NCBI GenBank assembly: GCA_964482725.1
Contig: CAYZYT010000012.1
Coordinates: 1,310-65,309 of the forward strand
Length of the DNA stretch: 64,000 bases
Origin: an uncultured bacterium
GTDB lineage: Bacteria; Omnitrophota; Omnitrophia; Omnitrophales; Aquincolibacteriaceae
Direction: 5' to 3'
The position numbers were made by a program, and so were the translations under genes. The notes beneath the pieces are model-generated. The model did not search any database. It worked only from the letters and a program-made list of their open reading frames with translations, and was not told the origin of the DNA. Of the stretch, positions 9,883 through 20,700 are shown piece after piece. Each line of letters begins with the position of its first letter. The stretch's first letter is position 1.

Positions 9883-10530
9883 TCATATTCCTTTGAGTTG
9901 ATGTTTCAGTTTCGATGCCGCGCACTGTGAGTCCTTTGCCGCAAAGATCGCCCGCACCACCGCCACCCTTGTCGCCCCGGCCCTGACCACGTCCTCGATA
10001 TTCCCGAGGTCAATACCGCCGATCGCAACCCAGGGAATCCGGATCTTCTCGGCCGCTTGCTGAACAAATCGTAATCCCACGGATTTCACGCGGGGTTTCG
10101 TCGGGGTGGTAAACACAGGCCCGACTCCGACATAATCCGCCCCTTCACGTACCGCCGCCAACGCCTGTTTCAAACTATGCGTCGACTTCCCGATCCAGAT
10201 CTTCCGCCCCGCCTGCTTCGCTAGGTTGCACGCCATACGAACCGGCATATCCTCTTGACCCAAATGGACTCCATCCGCGCCGGTTGCAAGCGCCAGATCC
10301 ATCCGGTCATTGATAAAAAAAAGCTTTCGCGTCTTTTCCGCGATCCTTTTGATCTTAAGTCCGAGTCTGATCAGCGCAGCATCCGAAAGCACTTTCGAGC
10401 GAAGCTGAACGATATCGGCGCCGCCTCGGTAAGCCGCTTCGATCTTTTCGAGGATCCCCGGATTTTCGGTTCGGAGATCCGTCACAGCGTAAAGACGGAA
10501 ACCCTCAAAAACTTTTTTTTTCCAATCCAT
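9883..10530 (-). CDS. thiE: Thiamine-phosphate synthase
   Basis: VQLRSK, INDRMD, GVHLGQED, GKSTHS, GPVFTTPTK and AIGGI motifs. Start moved to MDWKK because the upstream extension lies in a repeat. Confidence 0.93.
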   Translation of the reverse strand: MDWKKKVFEGFRLYAVTDLRTENPGILEKIEAAYRGGADIVQLRSKVLSDAALIRLGLKIKRIAEKTRKLFFINDRMDLALATGADGVHLGQEDMPVRMACNLAKQAGRKIWIGKSTHSLKQALAAVREGADYVGVGPVFTTPTKPRVKSVGLRFVQQAAEKIRIPWVAIGGIDLGNIEDVVRAGATRVAVVRAIFAAKDSQCAASKLKHQLKGI

Positions 10531-10558
10531 AAACTTATGACACCGGGTTAACGGCTTC

Positions 10559-10623
10559 GTCATCCTGAGCCCCAAAGAGGGCGAAGGATCTCAACCGAGA
10601 TGCTTCGCTACGCTCAGCATGAC
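10559..10623. repeat. Intergenic REP-like element GTCATCCTGAG...CTCAGCATGAC, copy 1 of 5
   Basis: Terminal inverted repeats with internal GCGAAGGATCT/AGATGCTTCGC. Related copies start at 44536, 44993, 45598 and 48664. Confidence 0.85.
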
Positions 10624-10648
10624 GGGACTGCTGCGCGACCATATCCTC

Positions 10649-11122
10649 TCACGCCAACTTGAGGATCTTGATGACCCGCGTCGAGGAACGCCCTTGGACG
10701 AGTGGAATGCGTTTCACTTTTCCGCCCCAGGAAAGCACTTCCCGAGCCCCCACAATATCCTTGATCGCCCAGTCCGCGCCCTTCACAAGGACCTCCGGCT
10801 TGATCGTTTCGATCAGTTTGAGAGGCGTCGGATCATTAAAGAGAATGGCGTAGTCGACACAGGAAAGAGCGGTAAGAACTTTGATGCGATCTTGCTCGGG
10901 ATTCACGGGCCGGTTCGGATCTTTATAGGTCTTGACGGAACGATCCGTGTTCACACCCACGATCAGCACATCCGCAAACATGCGAGCCTTTTGCAGATAA
11001 GTCACATGGCCCAAATGGAGAATATCAAAAGTCCCGTTCGTAAAGGCCACGCGCTTGCCCTGGGCCTTGAGGCGACGGACTGTCGCAGACAACTTGTTTT
11101 TCGTCAGGATTTTAGAGGCCAT
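10649..11122 (-). CDS. rfaE2: D-glycero-beta-D-manno-heptose 1-phosphate adenylyltransferase (RfaE domain II)
   Basis: FTNGTFDILHLGH, GVNTDRSV, RPVN, VKGADW and GRSSTRVI motifs; adjacent to gmhA. Confidence 0.92.
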   Translation of the reverse strand: MASKILTKNKLSATVRRLKAQGKRVAFTNGTFDILHLGHVTYLQKARMFADVLIVGVNTDRSVKTYKDPNRPVNPEQDRIKVLTALSCVDYAILFNDPTPLKLIETIKPEVLVKGADWAIKDIVGAREVLSWGGKVKRIPLVQGRSSTRVIKILKLA

Positions 11123-11219
11123 GATAAGAAAAAAACTTCCGGGTTATGACCGTTCTTCATTTATTTTTACGGGTAAACGGTACCATACCGCATACCTTTG
11201 AATTTTAATGCATGCGGTA

Positions 11220-11792
11220 TTAGCCGAAAAGGATCGTTTCGACAACCTCACAAATCCCGTGAAGCGCCGTCATATAGGCTTCCTGGATATGAGAAGTCTT
11301 ATTGGATTTAGCGATAAAGCAGAGATCCACGGCATCCTTCAAAATGCCCCCGTCTTTCCCGGTAAAACCGAGCGTTAGGATGCCCTGCTGTTTGGCTTGC
11401 GTGATCACATCCAGGATATTGGGAGAACGACCGCTTGTGGAAAGAACGACGAGAACATCCCCTTTTTGACCGAGCCCTTCGACCTGGCGGGAAAAGACCT
11501 TTTCAAAACCAAAGTCATTCCCGATCGCGGTAAGCGCCGCGATGTCCGCCGTAAGCGCGATGGCCGGAAGACTCCGCCGATCTTTCTCAAACCGACCGAC
11601 AAATTCGGCGGCAATATGCTGCGCGTCCGAGGCCGAGCCTCCATTCCCGCACAAAAGCAGTTTGTGTCCCGCGTTCAGGGCCTGGATGATGGCATGCGCC
11701 ATCTTGTCCAGCACTTCATACTGGGCGGGGACGAAAGTTTTCTGAAATGCTTCCTGATGTCCTTGAACAATGGTCTCGAAATTGTTTTTCAT
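11220..11792 (-). CDS. gmhA: Sedoheptulose 7-phosphate isomerase
   Basis: CGNGGSASDAQHIAAEFVGRF, NDFGF, STSGRSPN and IQE motifs. Confidence 0.95.
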   Translation of the reverse strand: MKNNFETIVQGHQEAFQKTFVPAQYEVLDKMAHAIIQALNAGHKLLLCGNGGSASDAQHIAAEFVGRFEKDRRSLPAIALTADIAALTAIGNDFGFEKVFSRQVEGLGQKGDVLVVLSTSGRSPNILDVITQAKQQGILTLGFTGKDGGILKDAVDLCFIAKSNKTSHIQEAYMTALHGICEVVETILFG

Positions 11793-11795
11793 GGG

Positions 11796-12824
11796 TTAAC
11801 CAAAGAATATCTTGGCCAGCTCGTACATATCCGCCGGCACAGTTTTGAGTTCCCCCACCGCTTCCTGGAGTGGTACGGCCACGATATCGCGGCCACAAAG
11901 GCTGACCATGTGGCCAAACTTGCCCTCTTTGACCAGCTGAACCGCCTTCACACCGAACCGTGTCCCGAGCACACGGTCAAAAGCCGTCGGTGTACCGCCG
12001 CGCTGAATATGACCGAGCACGGTCGAACGGGTCTCGTAGCCCGTTTTCTTCTCTATGAGTTTCGCGAGACGGTCTCCCACCCCACCGAGAAGGACATGCC
12101 CGAATGCGTCGAGCTCTTTATTCGTTGTGACAAGCTCCTCCCCCTTGATCGAAAATCCTTCGGACACCGCGACCACGCTGAAGTTCTTACCGCGCGCGCG
12201 CTGTTTCGTGATATACCCGCAAACCTCATCGATCGTCAAAGAAACTTCCGGGATGAGGACGACGTCCGCACCGCCGGCGATCCCGGATTCCAGCGCGATC
12301 CAGCCGGCATGCCGGCCCATGATCTCGACCACCATCACGCGATCATGCGATTCCGCGGTTGTCCGAATACGGTCAAGACACTCGGTCGCAATATTGAGCG
12401 CCGTATCATAACCAAAGGTGTAATCCGTCGCATTGAGATCATTGTCGATCGTTTTGGGAACCCCGATGATCGGCATTCCGTCCTTGGAAAGTTTGTTCCC
12501 AGCGCCGAGGGTGTCCTCGCCCCCGATCGCGATCACGGCATCCAATTTGTTTTTTTTGATTGTCTCCCGAACTTTCTCCGCGTCACCTTCTTTTTTATAA
12601 GGGTTTGTGCGGGAAGTCCCCAGGATGGTCCCGCCACGAGGAAGGATTTCCGCAACCGACTTCTCGTCCAGTTCCACAAAATTGTTATTGATGATACCTT
12701 TCCAGCCCTGCTTGAATCCTATCACCTGCCAGCCTTCCGCTTTCGCCGTCTGCACAACGCCGCGGATCACCGCGTTAAGACCTGGGCAATCCCCGCCCCC
12801 CGTAAGCATTCCAATTCGTTTCAT
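11796..12824 (-). CDS. pfkA: 6-phosphofructokinase
   Basis: TGGGDCPGLN, GGTILGTSR, PKTIDND, MGRHAGWIA and LGHIQRGG motifs. Confidence 0.96.
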   Translation of the reverse strand: MKRIGMLTGGGDCPGLNAVIRGVVQTAKAEGWQVIGFKQGWKGIINNNFVELDEKSVAEILPRGGTILGTSRTNPYKKEGDAEKVRETIKKNKLDAVIAIGGEDTLGAGNKLSKDGMPIIGVPKTIDNDLNATDYTFGYDTALNIATECLDRIRTTAESHDRVMVVEIMGRHAGWIALESGIAGGADVVLIPEVSLTIDEVCGYITKQRARGKNFSVVAVSEGFSIKGEELVTTNKELDAFGHVLLGGVGDRLAKLIEKKTGYETRSTVLGHIQRGGTPTAFDRVLGTRFGVKAVQLVKEGKFGHMVSLCGRDIVAVPLQEAVGELKTVPADMYELAKIFFG

Positions 12825-12894
12825 CGATTGACTCCTTTAATGTTTTTGATGGGGCGCCCAACCCAAGGCCGAGGCCCACTTGAAAAAGTTCCGA

Positions 12895-13461
12895 TTAATT
12901 CCTTGAAGCTCCCGGGGCCTGAAGAACCGACCCGGCATCCTCGATCCCCCTCACGTCGCAGATCACGACAAGCGGGTTCTCAGGTCCCAGCAACCGCTTC
13001 ACCCGTTGCTGGACCTCCTGCTGCAATTCCGACAAAACCGCGGGCACATGCCCGCCCGTCCAAAGCACCAGCCGGAGCTTGATCTCGACATTTTTACCGG
13101 TGATGTTTACTTTTGCCTTCACACTTTTAACGAGCGGAAAACGCTTCACCGCTTTCACGGCCGTATTCCCTAACGTGTTGGCCGAAACCACCATCGGGCC
13201 GATCTCGCTTTGAAAAAAGATCGCTTCGTTCGGACGTCCCGCTTTCACAAGCATCTTTGTAAATGCCAGGCCGAGCACTATAAAGACAAGACCGACCACC
13301 CCGACTTGAACGGAACGCCAGGAACTTTGATAGATCTCCTGGACCTTGAGGATCGCGTCATCAAAAGCTAAAAGATGTAGCGAAACGATGATCATCAAAC
13401 TGCCCAGCGTCAGGAAGGCGAAGATAGCAAACAGCTGGGCAAAGGCGTTAGTGACCTTCAT
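12895..13461 (-). CDS. AmaP-like membrane anchor protein (Asp23-related)
   Basis: Two N-terminal TM helices and an Asp23-like alpha/beta C-terminus; typical position after accC. Confidence 0.65.
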   Translation of the reverse strand: MKVTNAFAQLFAIFAFLTLGSLMIIVSLHLLAFDDAILKVQEIYQSSWRSVQVGVVGLVFIVLGLAFTKMLVKAGRPNEAIFFQSEIGPMVVSANTLGNTAVKAVKRFPLVKSVKAKVNITGKNVEIKLRLVLWTGGHVPAVLSELQQEVQQRVKRLLGPENPLVVICDVRGIEDAGSVLQAPGASRN

Positions 13462-14843
13462 TTCTTTTCTTTGTTCGCTTCCAACTCTTCAGTCTTCCCC
13501 GTGCCAAAGATCGTCGATTCAATGAATTTCGTATTCACGGAACCCTGACGAAACCTCGGATGGCTCAAAATGCGCACATGGAGCGGCGCGGTGGTCTTGA
13601 TCGGCTTCACTTCGATCTCACGAAGCGCCCGAAGCATGACCGTGATCGCGTCCTGGCGATTCTTGCCATAGGCGATCAACTTCCCGATCATGGAATCATA
13701 AAAAGGCGGGATCGAATAACCTGTATAAACATGGCTATCCAAACGCACGCCCGGACCGCCCGGCATCCGCCAAACCTCGATCTTCCCGGGAGACGGCATA
13801 AAATTATTGTCCGGATCTTCGGCGTTAATGCGGCATTCGATCGCATGCCCGCGGATCTCCACCTGCTCCTGAGTAAAACTCAGTTTTTCTCCGGCAGCGA
13901 TGCGCAGCTGCTCCTTCACGATATCGATTCCCGTCACCATTTCCGTAACGGGATGTTCGACCTGAAGACGGGTGTTCATCTCCATGAAATAAAAATCATC
14001 ATTTTTGTCGAGAAGGAATTCGATCGTTCCGGCATTCTCATACTTGAAAGTTTTCGCCGCCCGGATAGCCGTGTCGCCGATCCTCTTGCGAAGTTTTGCG
14101 CTCATACCGGGCGCGGGAGATTCCTCGATGAGTTTTTGGTGGCGCCGTTGAACCGAGCAGTCGCGCTCGCCCAGGTGCACCACATTGCCGAAACTGTCGG
14201 CAATGATCTGCACCTCGATATGACGCGGCTCTTCAATGAATTTCTCTATATATACTTCACCATTGCCGAAGGCGGCTTCCGCTTCGGTTTGAGCTGTCAG
14301 GAACGCACTGATAAGCTTTCCGTCATTGTGCGCGATCTTGATGCCTTTCCCTCCGCCGCCCGCAGAAGCTTTGACGATCACGGGATAACCCAGTTTTTTC
14401 GCAAGACGCAGGGCCTCTTCCTGATCCTTCACCGTCCCCTTACTCCCCGGGATGATCGGAACCCCGGCTTTTTTCATCTCTATTCTCGCATTCGATTTGT
14501 CGCCGGCCAGACGGATGGTTTCTGGTTTTGGTCCAATAAACTTGATCTGGCAAGACTCGCAGATCTCCGCAAAGTGCGCGTTCTCGGCAAGAAACCCGTA
14601 GCCCGGATGAATGGCTTCAACGTCCGCGATCTCAGCCGCGGAGATGAGGGCCGGAATATTGAGATAGCTTTCAGAACTGGGGGCCTCGCCGATGCAGATG
14701 GCGTCATCGGCCAGTTTTACGTGCAAGGATTCCCGATCCGCCTTGGAAAACACCGCCACGGTTTGAATGCCCATTTCACGGCACGCGCGAATCACACGCA
14801 CTGCGATCTCACCACGATTTGCTATTAGGATCTTTGAGAACAT
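13458..14843 (-). CDS. accC: Acetyl-CoA carboxylase, biotin carboxylase subunit
   Basis: [26 protein letters not shown] and [14 protein letters not shown] motifs. Confidence 0.97.
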   Translation of the reverse strand: MFSKILIANRGEIAVRVIRACREMGIQTVAVFSKADRESLHVKLADDAICIGEAPSSESYLNIPALISAAEIADVEAIHPGYGFLAENAHFAEICESCQIKFIGPKPETIRLAGDKSNARIEMKKAGVPIIPGSKGTVKDQEEALRLAKKLGYPVIVKASAGGGGKGIKIAHNDGKLISAFLTAQTEAEAAFGNGEVYIEKFIEEPRHIEVQIIADSFGNVVHLGERDCSVQRRHQKLIEESPAPGMSAKLRKRIGDTAIRAAKTFKYENAGTIEFLLDKNDDFYFMEMNTRLQVEHPVTEMVTGIDIVKEQLRIAAGEKLSFTQEQVEIRGHAIECRINAEDPDNNFMPSPGKIEVWRMPGGPGVRLDSHVYTGYSIPPFYDSMIGKLIAYGKNRQDAITVMLRALREIEVKPIKTTAPLHVRILSHPRFRQGSVNTKFIESTIFGTGKTEELEANKEKK

Positions 14844-14890
14844 GATTTTTCCCCGTATGAAGGGTTACTGTTGTGAAGAAGGTTTCGGGA

Positions 14891-15358
14891 TCAACCCTTT
14901 TTGATCTTCAGGATCGGCTGGTCGTACTCCACGGTCTGGCCATTCTGCACAAGGATCTCGATCACGGTTCCGCCCAATTCCGACTTGATCTCGTTCATGA
15001 GCTTCATAGCTTCGATGATACAAAGCACATCCCCGTCTTTAATCACTTTACCGACACTTACATAGGCGGGCTGGTCCGGAGCGGGAGAAGCATAAAAGGT
15101 TCCCACCATGGGCGAGCGCACGATCGTCACGCCTTCTTCAGCCACAGGTTGCACGGCCGCCGCAGGAGCCTGGCCCTGGACTGGGGCATGCATCCCCGTT
15201 TGCATCGGCGCCATCATCTGCGGGGCGCTGTGCATCACGATCCCACCGTTCGCCATCTTACGGAGTTTGATCTTCGCGTTGTCCTTCTCGATCTCGATCT
15301 CACCGACATTGTGCTCGGCCATCAACTCTAAAAGTTCTTTGATCTCCTTGATATTCAT
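14891..15358 (-). CDS. accB: Biotin carboxyl carrier protein
   Basis: SPMVGTFY and the EAMKLMN biotinylation motif. Confidence 0.97.
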   Translation of the reverse strand: MNIKEIKELLELMAEHNVGEIEIEKDNAKIKLRKMANGGIVMHSAPQMMAPMQTGMHAPVQGQAPAAAVQPVAEEGVTIVRSPMVGTFYASPAPDQPAYVSVGKVIKDGDVLCIIEAMKLMNEIKSELGGTVIEILVQNGQTVEYDQPILKIKKG

Positions 15359-15855
15359 TTTCTTTTCCTCGCAACAAGTGCTTTTTTCACGGTTTTTTTG
15401 GAAGAATGAACGGAATTCGCTTGGGCGGCATAGGCCACAAGACCCCGCAGGCCCAGAAGATAACTGTTTTTACCAAACCCCGTCACCTGGGCAACGCATG
15501 CCGGGGCGGTCATAGAATGCTGCCTGAAATCCTCACGCTTAAAGATATGGCTTAAATGCACCTCGACCGCCGGAAGACCGCACGCGGCCAACGCATCGCG
15601 GATCGCGACACTCGTGTGGGTATAAGCTGCGGGATTGATCAAAATCCCTGCAAATTCCCGGCGCGCTCCCCCAATACGGTCCACGATCGCGCCTTCGTGA
15701 TTGCTCTGGAGGATCTCCAACTCGACGCCAAGCGCCTGGGCTTCACGTTCAAGTGCTTCGTTGATCTGTTTCAACGTCACTTTTCCATAGACCGTCACCT
15801 CCCGTTCCCCCAGGAGTTGCAAATTCGGGCCATGGACTACAAGAATTTTTTTCAT
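15355..15855 (-). CDS. aroQ: Type II 3-dehydroquinate dehydratase
   Basis: [25 protein letters not shown] and VEVHLS motifs. Confidence 0.96.
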   Translation of the reverse strand: MKKILVVHGPNLQLLGEREVTVYGKVTLKQINEALEREAQALGVELEILQSNHEGAIVDRIGGARREFAGILINPAAYTHTSVAIRDALAACGLPAVEVHLSHIFKREDFRQHSMTAPACVAQVTGFGKNSYLLGLRGLVAYAAQANSVHSSKKTVKKALVARKRK

Positions 15856-15875
15856 AAGAACGATCCTCTTTACCC

Positions 15876-15944
15876 GTCATTCCCGCATGCTGCTAGCCGG
15901 AATCTATTGGGTCTGGGTCCCCGGCAAAAACATTCGGGGACGAC
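15876..15944. repeat. Degenerate GTCATTCCCGC-type palindromic intergenic element
   Basis: Begins gtcattcccgc and ends ggggacgac, with an internal gtccccg/cggggac stem. Confidence 0.5.
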
Positions 15945-15968
15945 CTTAAAAAACAGGTCGATTCTAAA

Positions 15969-16949
15969 CTATTCCTTCGGCGATTGCATCATTTCCATGC
16001 TATCAATGTTTTTCTCCTTCAGCCCCCCGCGGAACGCGTACCAGATCCCGGAGCCGATGCTGAACGAATAAATCACGATATCCATCAAAAGCGTCAGTGC
16101 AAGCGCACGTTCCGCCGGAAGATAGCGGCTAAAAAGATACAGGACGCTGGCTTCCCTCACACCCAACCCGCCGATCGAAGGCGCCATACTAACGATGGAA
16201 ATAACGGGTATCAAGATAAAAAACTTCCAAAAATTGATATCGGCACCGATGGAAAGAGAGATCCAATAATTCGTACAAATAAAAACAGCCTGCCCGCAAA
16301 AAGAAAGCATCACGGCGATCAGGACGGGACCCCGATGATGCCGGTAACCGTAGATCGCATGATAAATTTCGGCAAGCTGCAACCTCCATTTTTCTTTAGG
16401 AATAAGACGCGCAAGTCCCTTAAAAAGGCGGGCGAAACGCCGGCTTGCAAAAAAAGCCCCGAAAAACACGATCACGCCAAGCGCGCCAAAGACCGCATAG
16501 TCAATGTAAGAGCTCTGAACTTCCTTGCTGAAACACATCAGCCCGATCGTCGCCATAAGAATGGTCGCGAGAAATCCAAGCATTCGATCGAGCATAATCG
16601 AAGTCGCGGATTCGATCTTTTTGCCCGAATGCTTGTAAGCATAAACAGCCTTGGCCACGTCCCCGCCCACGGCGGAAGGCAGCATCAGATTATAAAACAG
16701 CCCCACAAAACCGAGGTGATAACACTCGCGGAAGGTCATGCGGATATCCTGGACACGAAAAACCCACTGGAGCCGGACGGCAATGATGGCAAGGCCGAGA
16801 AAATAACCGGCGATCGCCGCAGCAAACCAGCCCCACACAACTTCATGGCGCAAAATGGCCATGGATTCATGCAGTTTGCCGCGCATGAAAAAAACAATGA
16901 GCCCTATCGCGGCAAAGCTGATGGCAAAACGGAGGATCTTGCCTTTCAT
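15969..16949 (-). CDS. Lysylphosphatidylglycerol-synthase TM / flippase-like membrane protein (UPF0104)
   Basis: Multi-TM protein with LPSAVGGD, LDRMLG and PSIGGLGVRE motifs. Confidence 0.85.
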   Translation of the reverse strand: MKGKILRFAISFAAIGLIVFFMRGKLHESMAILRHEVVWGWFAAAIAGYFLGLAIIAVRLQWVFRVQDIRMTFRECYHLGFVGLFYNLMLPSAVGGDVAKAVYAYKHSGKKIESATSIMLDRMLGFLATILMATIGLMCFSKEVQSSYIDYAVFGALGVIVFFGAFFASRRFARLFKGLARLIPKEKWRLQLAEIYHAIYGYRHHRGPVLIAVMLSFCGQAVFICTNYWISLSIGADINFWKFFILIPVISIVSMAPSIGGLGVREASVLYLFSRYLPAERALALTLLMDIVIYSFSIGSGIWYAFRGGLKEKNIDSMEMMQSPKE

Positions 16950-17311
16950 ACGGTCTGCGAGAACTTGATCTGAAGTTGGGTAATAAGCGTTTCGAGCATT
17001 TTCTTTTCCTCCTCGCTCAAATTCCCCTGGGTCTTATCACGGAGCGCGATCAAAAGATCGATCGCCTCTTTGGCGCCTTCGGGATTGAGCTCCGTCTGCT
17101 GGGTCATAGGATTGGGGATATCGCCGAGGTTCATGAGAGCCTGATAGCCGAGCGATTGGACAAGGCTCAGAAAAGTCTTGGAGGTTTCAACGGGTTTGGT
17201 CTTAGCGGCCGGTGGGACAGCCGCGGCTTTGAGCTTAACGCTTTCGGCCTGCTCCTTCCAGCTTTCATCCACCTTCTTCTCAGTGAAGCGTATATCTTTG
17301 TCCGGTTCCAT
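16946..17311 (-). CDS. DUF1844-family protein
   Basis: ALMNLGDIPNP, AIDLLIALRDKTQGNLSEEE and KKVDESWKEQ motifs. Confidence 0.8.
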   Translation of the reverse strand: MEPDKDIRFTEKKVDESWKEQAESVKLKAAAVPPAAKTKPVETSKTFLSLVQSLGYQALMNLGDIPNPMTQQTELNPEGAKEAIDLLIALRDKTQGNLSEEEKKMLETLITQLQIKFSQTV

Positions 17312-17457
17312 AAACCATTCTCCCATACTAAAATTCAAAAATCACATCTTTCACTTATCGCAATAATATACCACTTCTGCGAATCCGCCAAACCACTCGG
17401 CCTATCCGCCATACATCACGTCGGATCAGTCCGTTCGCTGAAAACCGCTCACGGCTG

Positions 17458-17540
17458 AAAAAAAAGAGGTTCGTGACCGAGTGGGGATCTGGTGGCCACG
17501 AACCTCTGCAGGTGAGTCGAGACCCGTAAGTCTCGCATGC
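17458..17540 (-). ncRNA. Candidate ~83-nt small RNA of unknown family
   Basis: Lies between a consensus sigma70 promoter and a 14-bp stem followed by a U-tract. Has a 5' hairpin with a UACG tetraloop and no credible ORF. Confidence 0.65.
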
Positions 17541-17544
17541 CGAT

Positions 17545-17572
17545 ATTATACTCCCGAGCTTTCCCCTGTCAA
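17545..17572 (-). promoter_or_regulatory. Consensus sigma70 promoter TTGACA-N16-TATAAT
   Basis: The minus strand reads TTGACA GGGGAAAGCTCGGGAG TATAAT. Confidence 0.8.
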
Positions 17573-17662
17573 CGCTCCGTCCAAGTCTTTTTTTTATTTA
17601 CATGCCTGGTGACCCGGGCAGCCCCGATCAATGACCTAGCGTTATGCTCTCAAACTGCGGAT

Positions 17663-17702
17663 AAAAGAAAAGCCCGGCTTCGAACAACCGAAACCGGGCT
17701 TC
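17663..17702 (-). terminator. Intrinsic terminator of the giant gene
   Basis: aaagcccgg/ccgggcttt stem followed by a T-rich tract on the minus strand, ~25 nt after the stop codon. Confidence 0.75.
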
Positions 17703-17725
17703 GAAAAGATTCTCTTCTGTCAGGC

Positions 17726-20700
17726 TTACGCCGACACGGAGGTGGCTTTCTGGGTCAGCATATCCGACCACAGCTTGGTCAGGCCTTCCAGCAAGATTTC
17801 ATTAATGTCGTAGAGACCATCCCCCTTCTTTTCAAGGACATTATCCCCTACTTGCTGACGCAACAGAGCATTGGTTTGATCCACACCATTCTGCGCCACG
17901 TTTCCGGCCAAGAGGCTTCGGATCGCAGCATTTCGTTTCTGGGCCTGTTTCTGAGCCCGGAGAACGGTTCCCACAAATTGCCCCGAAAGATCCAGCCCTT
18001 CTTCAATAAGGATCGTCAAATTAGCCCGGGTAATGGCAGCATTCCCGCGCATGAGAGCTGCCGCGGCACTATTGGCGAGCGCCGATTTCGAAGACCTCAT
18101 TTTAAACTCGATCTGGACGCGCGGACCGATCTTTGCCCCCTTATGATCAAACGAATTTTGGACATTTTGAATCGCGCCCTTGAGAACCGCTTGTGCCGCC
18201 GCGTCTTGGAAAAGCGCGTCATTGGCAATGACAAAACGCTCGACCAGTTGGGTCTTCGTGCCAAGCCGCAAGCTCATATTCTTAAAATCTTCGTCGCTCG
18301 GCGCATCCGCCTTGACCGTCACCATGCCCCCGGACTTGTCAGAAACGGCCATGATGGGATTCTCCAGAATATTTTTTGCAAGACTAAGAAATTTTTGCCA
18401 GTTGAGATCACCCGCCTTCAGCGCTACAAGCGTCGTCAACATCGCCGCCACATCTTCAGCGTTAAGCATTTCGAGTTGAACCGGCACAATGATCTGCCCC
18501 AAAACATCCGCCAGAGAATCCACGCCACGTTGAAAATGCGTACTGATCAACTTCCGTCGAACCTCCGGGGTCTTACCGAGAAGAACCCAAACCTCTTCGG
18601 CCAACACTCGGCGCTGTTGCTCCACAACCGGCCGTCCTTCTGGTTTATAAATATCCACAACACCGGGGGTGAAACGACCTTCCGAGCGCGGCAACAAAGC
18701 GAGAATCTGCGGGATAATCCGGACTTCCAGGGTCGCGTAACCTGAAGCGTCCAAAGCGACATCGGATCTCTGGACCTTATAGGCATTACTTTGCAAGGCC
18801 TTGGCCACAGTATCTAGGTAATTTTTTATCGACTCCAAAGCTTGGCTTCGATCCACACCATCATTCCGGCGGAGCGCAAAGCGAACAAGAATCCCCGGGC
18901 GATTTCCTTTAGAAGGTGTGATCGATTCCAGGTCCAGCCGGCCCGCGTTAGCGATCCTCGACTCCAAATCGAAAATACCATAGACCGGCGTCAAAGGATA
19001 AGCGGCCCGCCTTTCTGTCAGAGCATTGACGACCGCGGCATCCAATTTAAACTCCTTGGCCAAGTCCCTCACCTCGGCGCGAGGCGCGGTGCTGATCTGC
19101 GGATTAAACGAATCCAGTGCCGCCTTAATCCCCTCAACGGTCGGAGAGAACGATTTGCCTCTGGCCGAGAGAGTTCTTACGTTCCGGGGATACCGGTACA
19201 CGACACCGTCCTCTGCAACAAAATCATATTGGCCTGCGGCGGGGAATTTCCGGTAGTGCGTCTTCATGGGGCCATTTAAAAACTTTTGGAGATCAAGCGC
19301 CGCATTCTGCGGATCCCTCGGATCCACACTTAAAACCAGCGCTTCTCTCTGTTTGATGACCTGTTTAACGATAATCCGTGTATTCTTTTCGGAACCCTCT
19401 TGAGTTACGCGGAACTCCCCTTTCCGCGTCTCGGAGCGAGCGGCTTCAATCCAGCGAGCAGCCTCGACAACAAATGCGGACTGAGCGTTCCAGTTTTGAC
19501 CTATCGGCACCTCGGCATTCCAGCGCACCACAGCGTCCAAAACACCTTTCAAATCATTCATTTGCCCAAAATAAAGGCTGAGCGCTCTTGCATACAAACT
19601 CGGATCTTTTTCAATCGCCTGCAAAAACTCAGGAGCTAGCAGTTCCTGACCAAGCTGCTGCGCGATCAAATCGCGCCGTTCAGGCTTCTCATGGCTAAGC
19701 AATAACTCCCGAAAAGACTGCTCGATCTCCTGGGTAATCGCCCCACGATTCGGGATGTTGCCACTCTTTGAATACCGCAGGGCTAATGAAGCTAGCTTGC
19801 TATCGGCCATCCGGCCCAACCCCCGGTTGAGCGGCGTCGCGTTATCATAAATGGAATTTTCGATTTTTCTGACAGCTTGCTCGACCGTCGCAAAGATATT
19901 CTCCCCTGGAGCGCGCGGGGCTTTCAGCATCTCAACGGCTTTTATCGCAGACTTTGCCATGACGACCCGGTCAAAGACTTTGAACTTAATGGGATGCTGC
20001 CCTTGAAGCGTCTGCACCACAAGCACCGGTCCGACCCAACTATCCGGCGCATCAGAAACCTGAATAGCAGATGTGATTTTCTCACCGTCTTTCGCAGCTA
20101 ACAATTGGACCGCATCTACCGTGCCCCGGCGAAAACCGAATAATGACTGTTCTAGCCCGGCAGGATTCATCGCAACGGCATCCACCACTTCCATCCTCCC
20201 CTCGGAGCGAGCGGTTAATTCAAACACGACCTGGATATCCCCCAACAAAATATTTTTTTCTGATTCCTGGGCATTGGTCCATCCGTCCACTCCCCGACTC
20301 AAAACCCTGACCTTCGCGGTCCCGTTCATATTTTCAGAGGAAATATCGCTTTCAAGAACAATGTAGACCTTGCCATGGTCGGGATGATCGGAACGATTGT
20401 GGAAAACGACCTGACCGGGATTGATACGCCACCCGGCCTGGGGCTGCACATTCACAAACCCGCGGGACTGCAACTCCGGGACCAAGTTTTGTTCCACCGT
20501 ATTTCCTGCCAGCGTGGACAAAAGGGCTTCCTTGATCCGAGCCAATCGCGCAGCATCCAACCTCGTCTCGGAGCGAGAGACAAACACTTGCCGGCCTCCG
20601 CCTCCATCTGTGACCTTGGCTTTTCCGGTCGCTATCAAGCGATACATGTCGACCACCGACATTATTTGATTCTTGTCAAAAAGTGAAACTGTTGTAGTCC

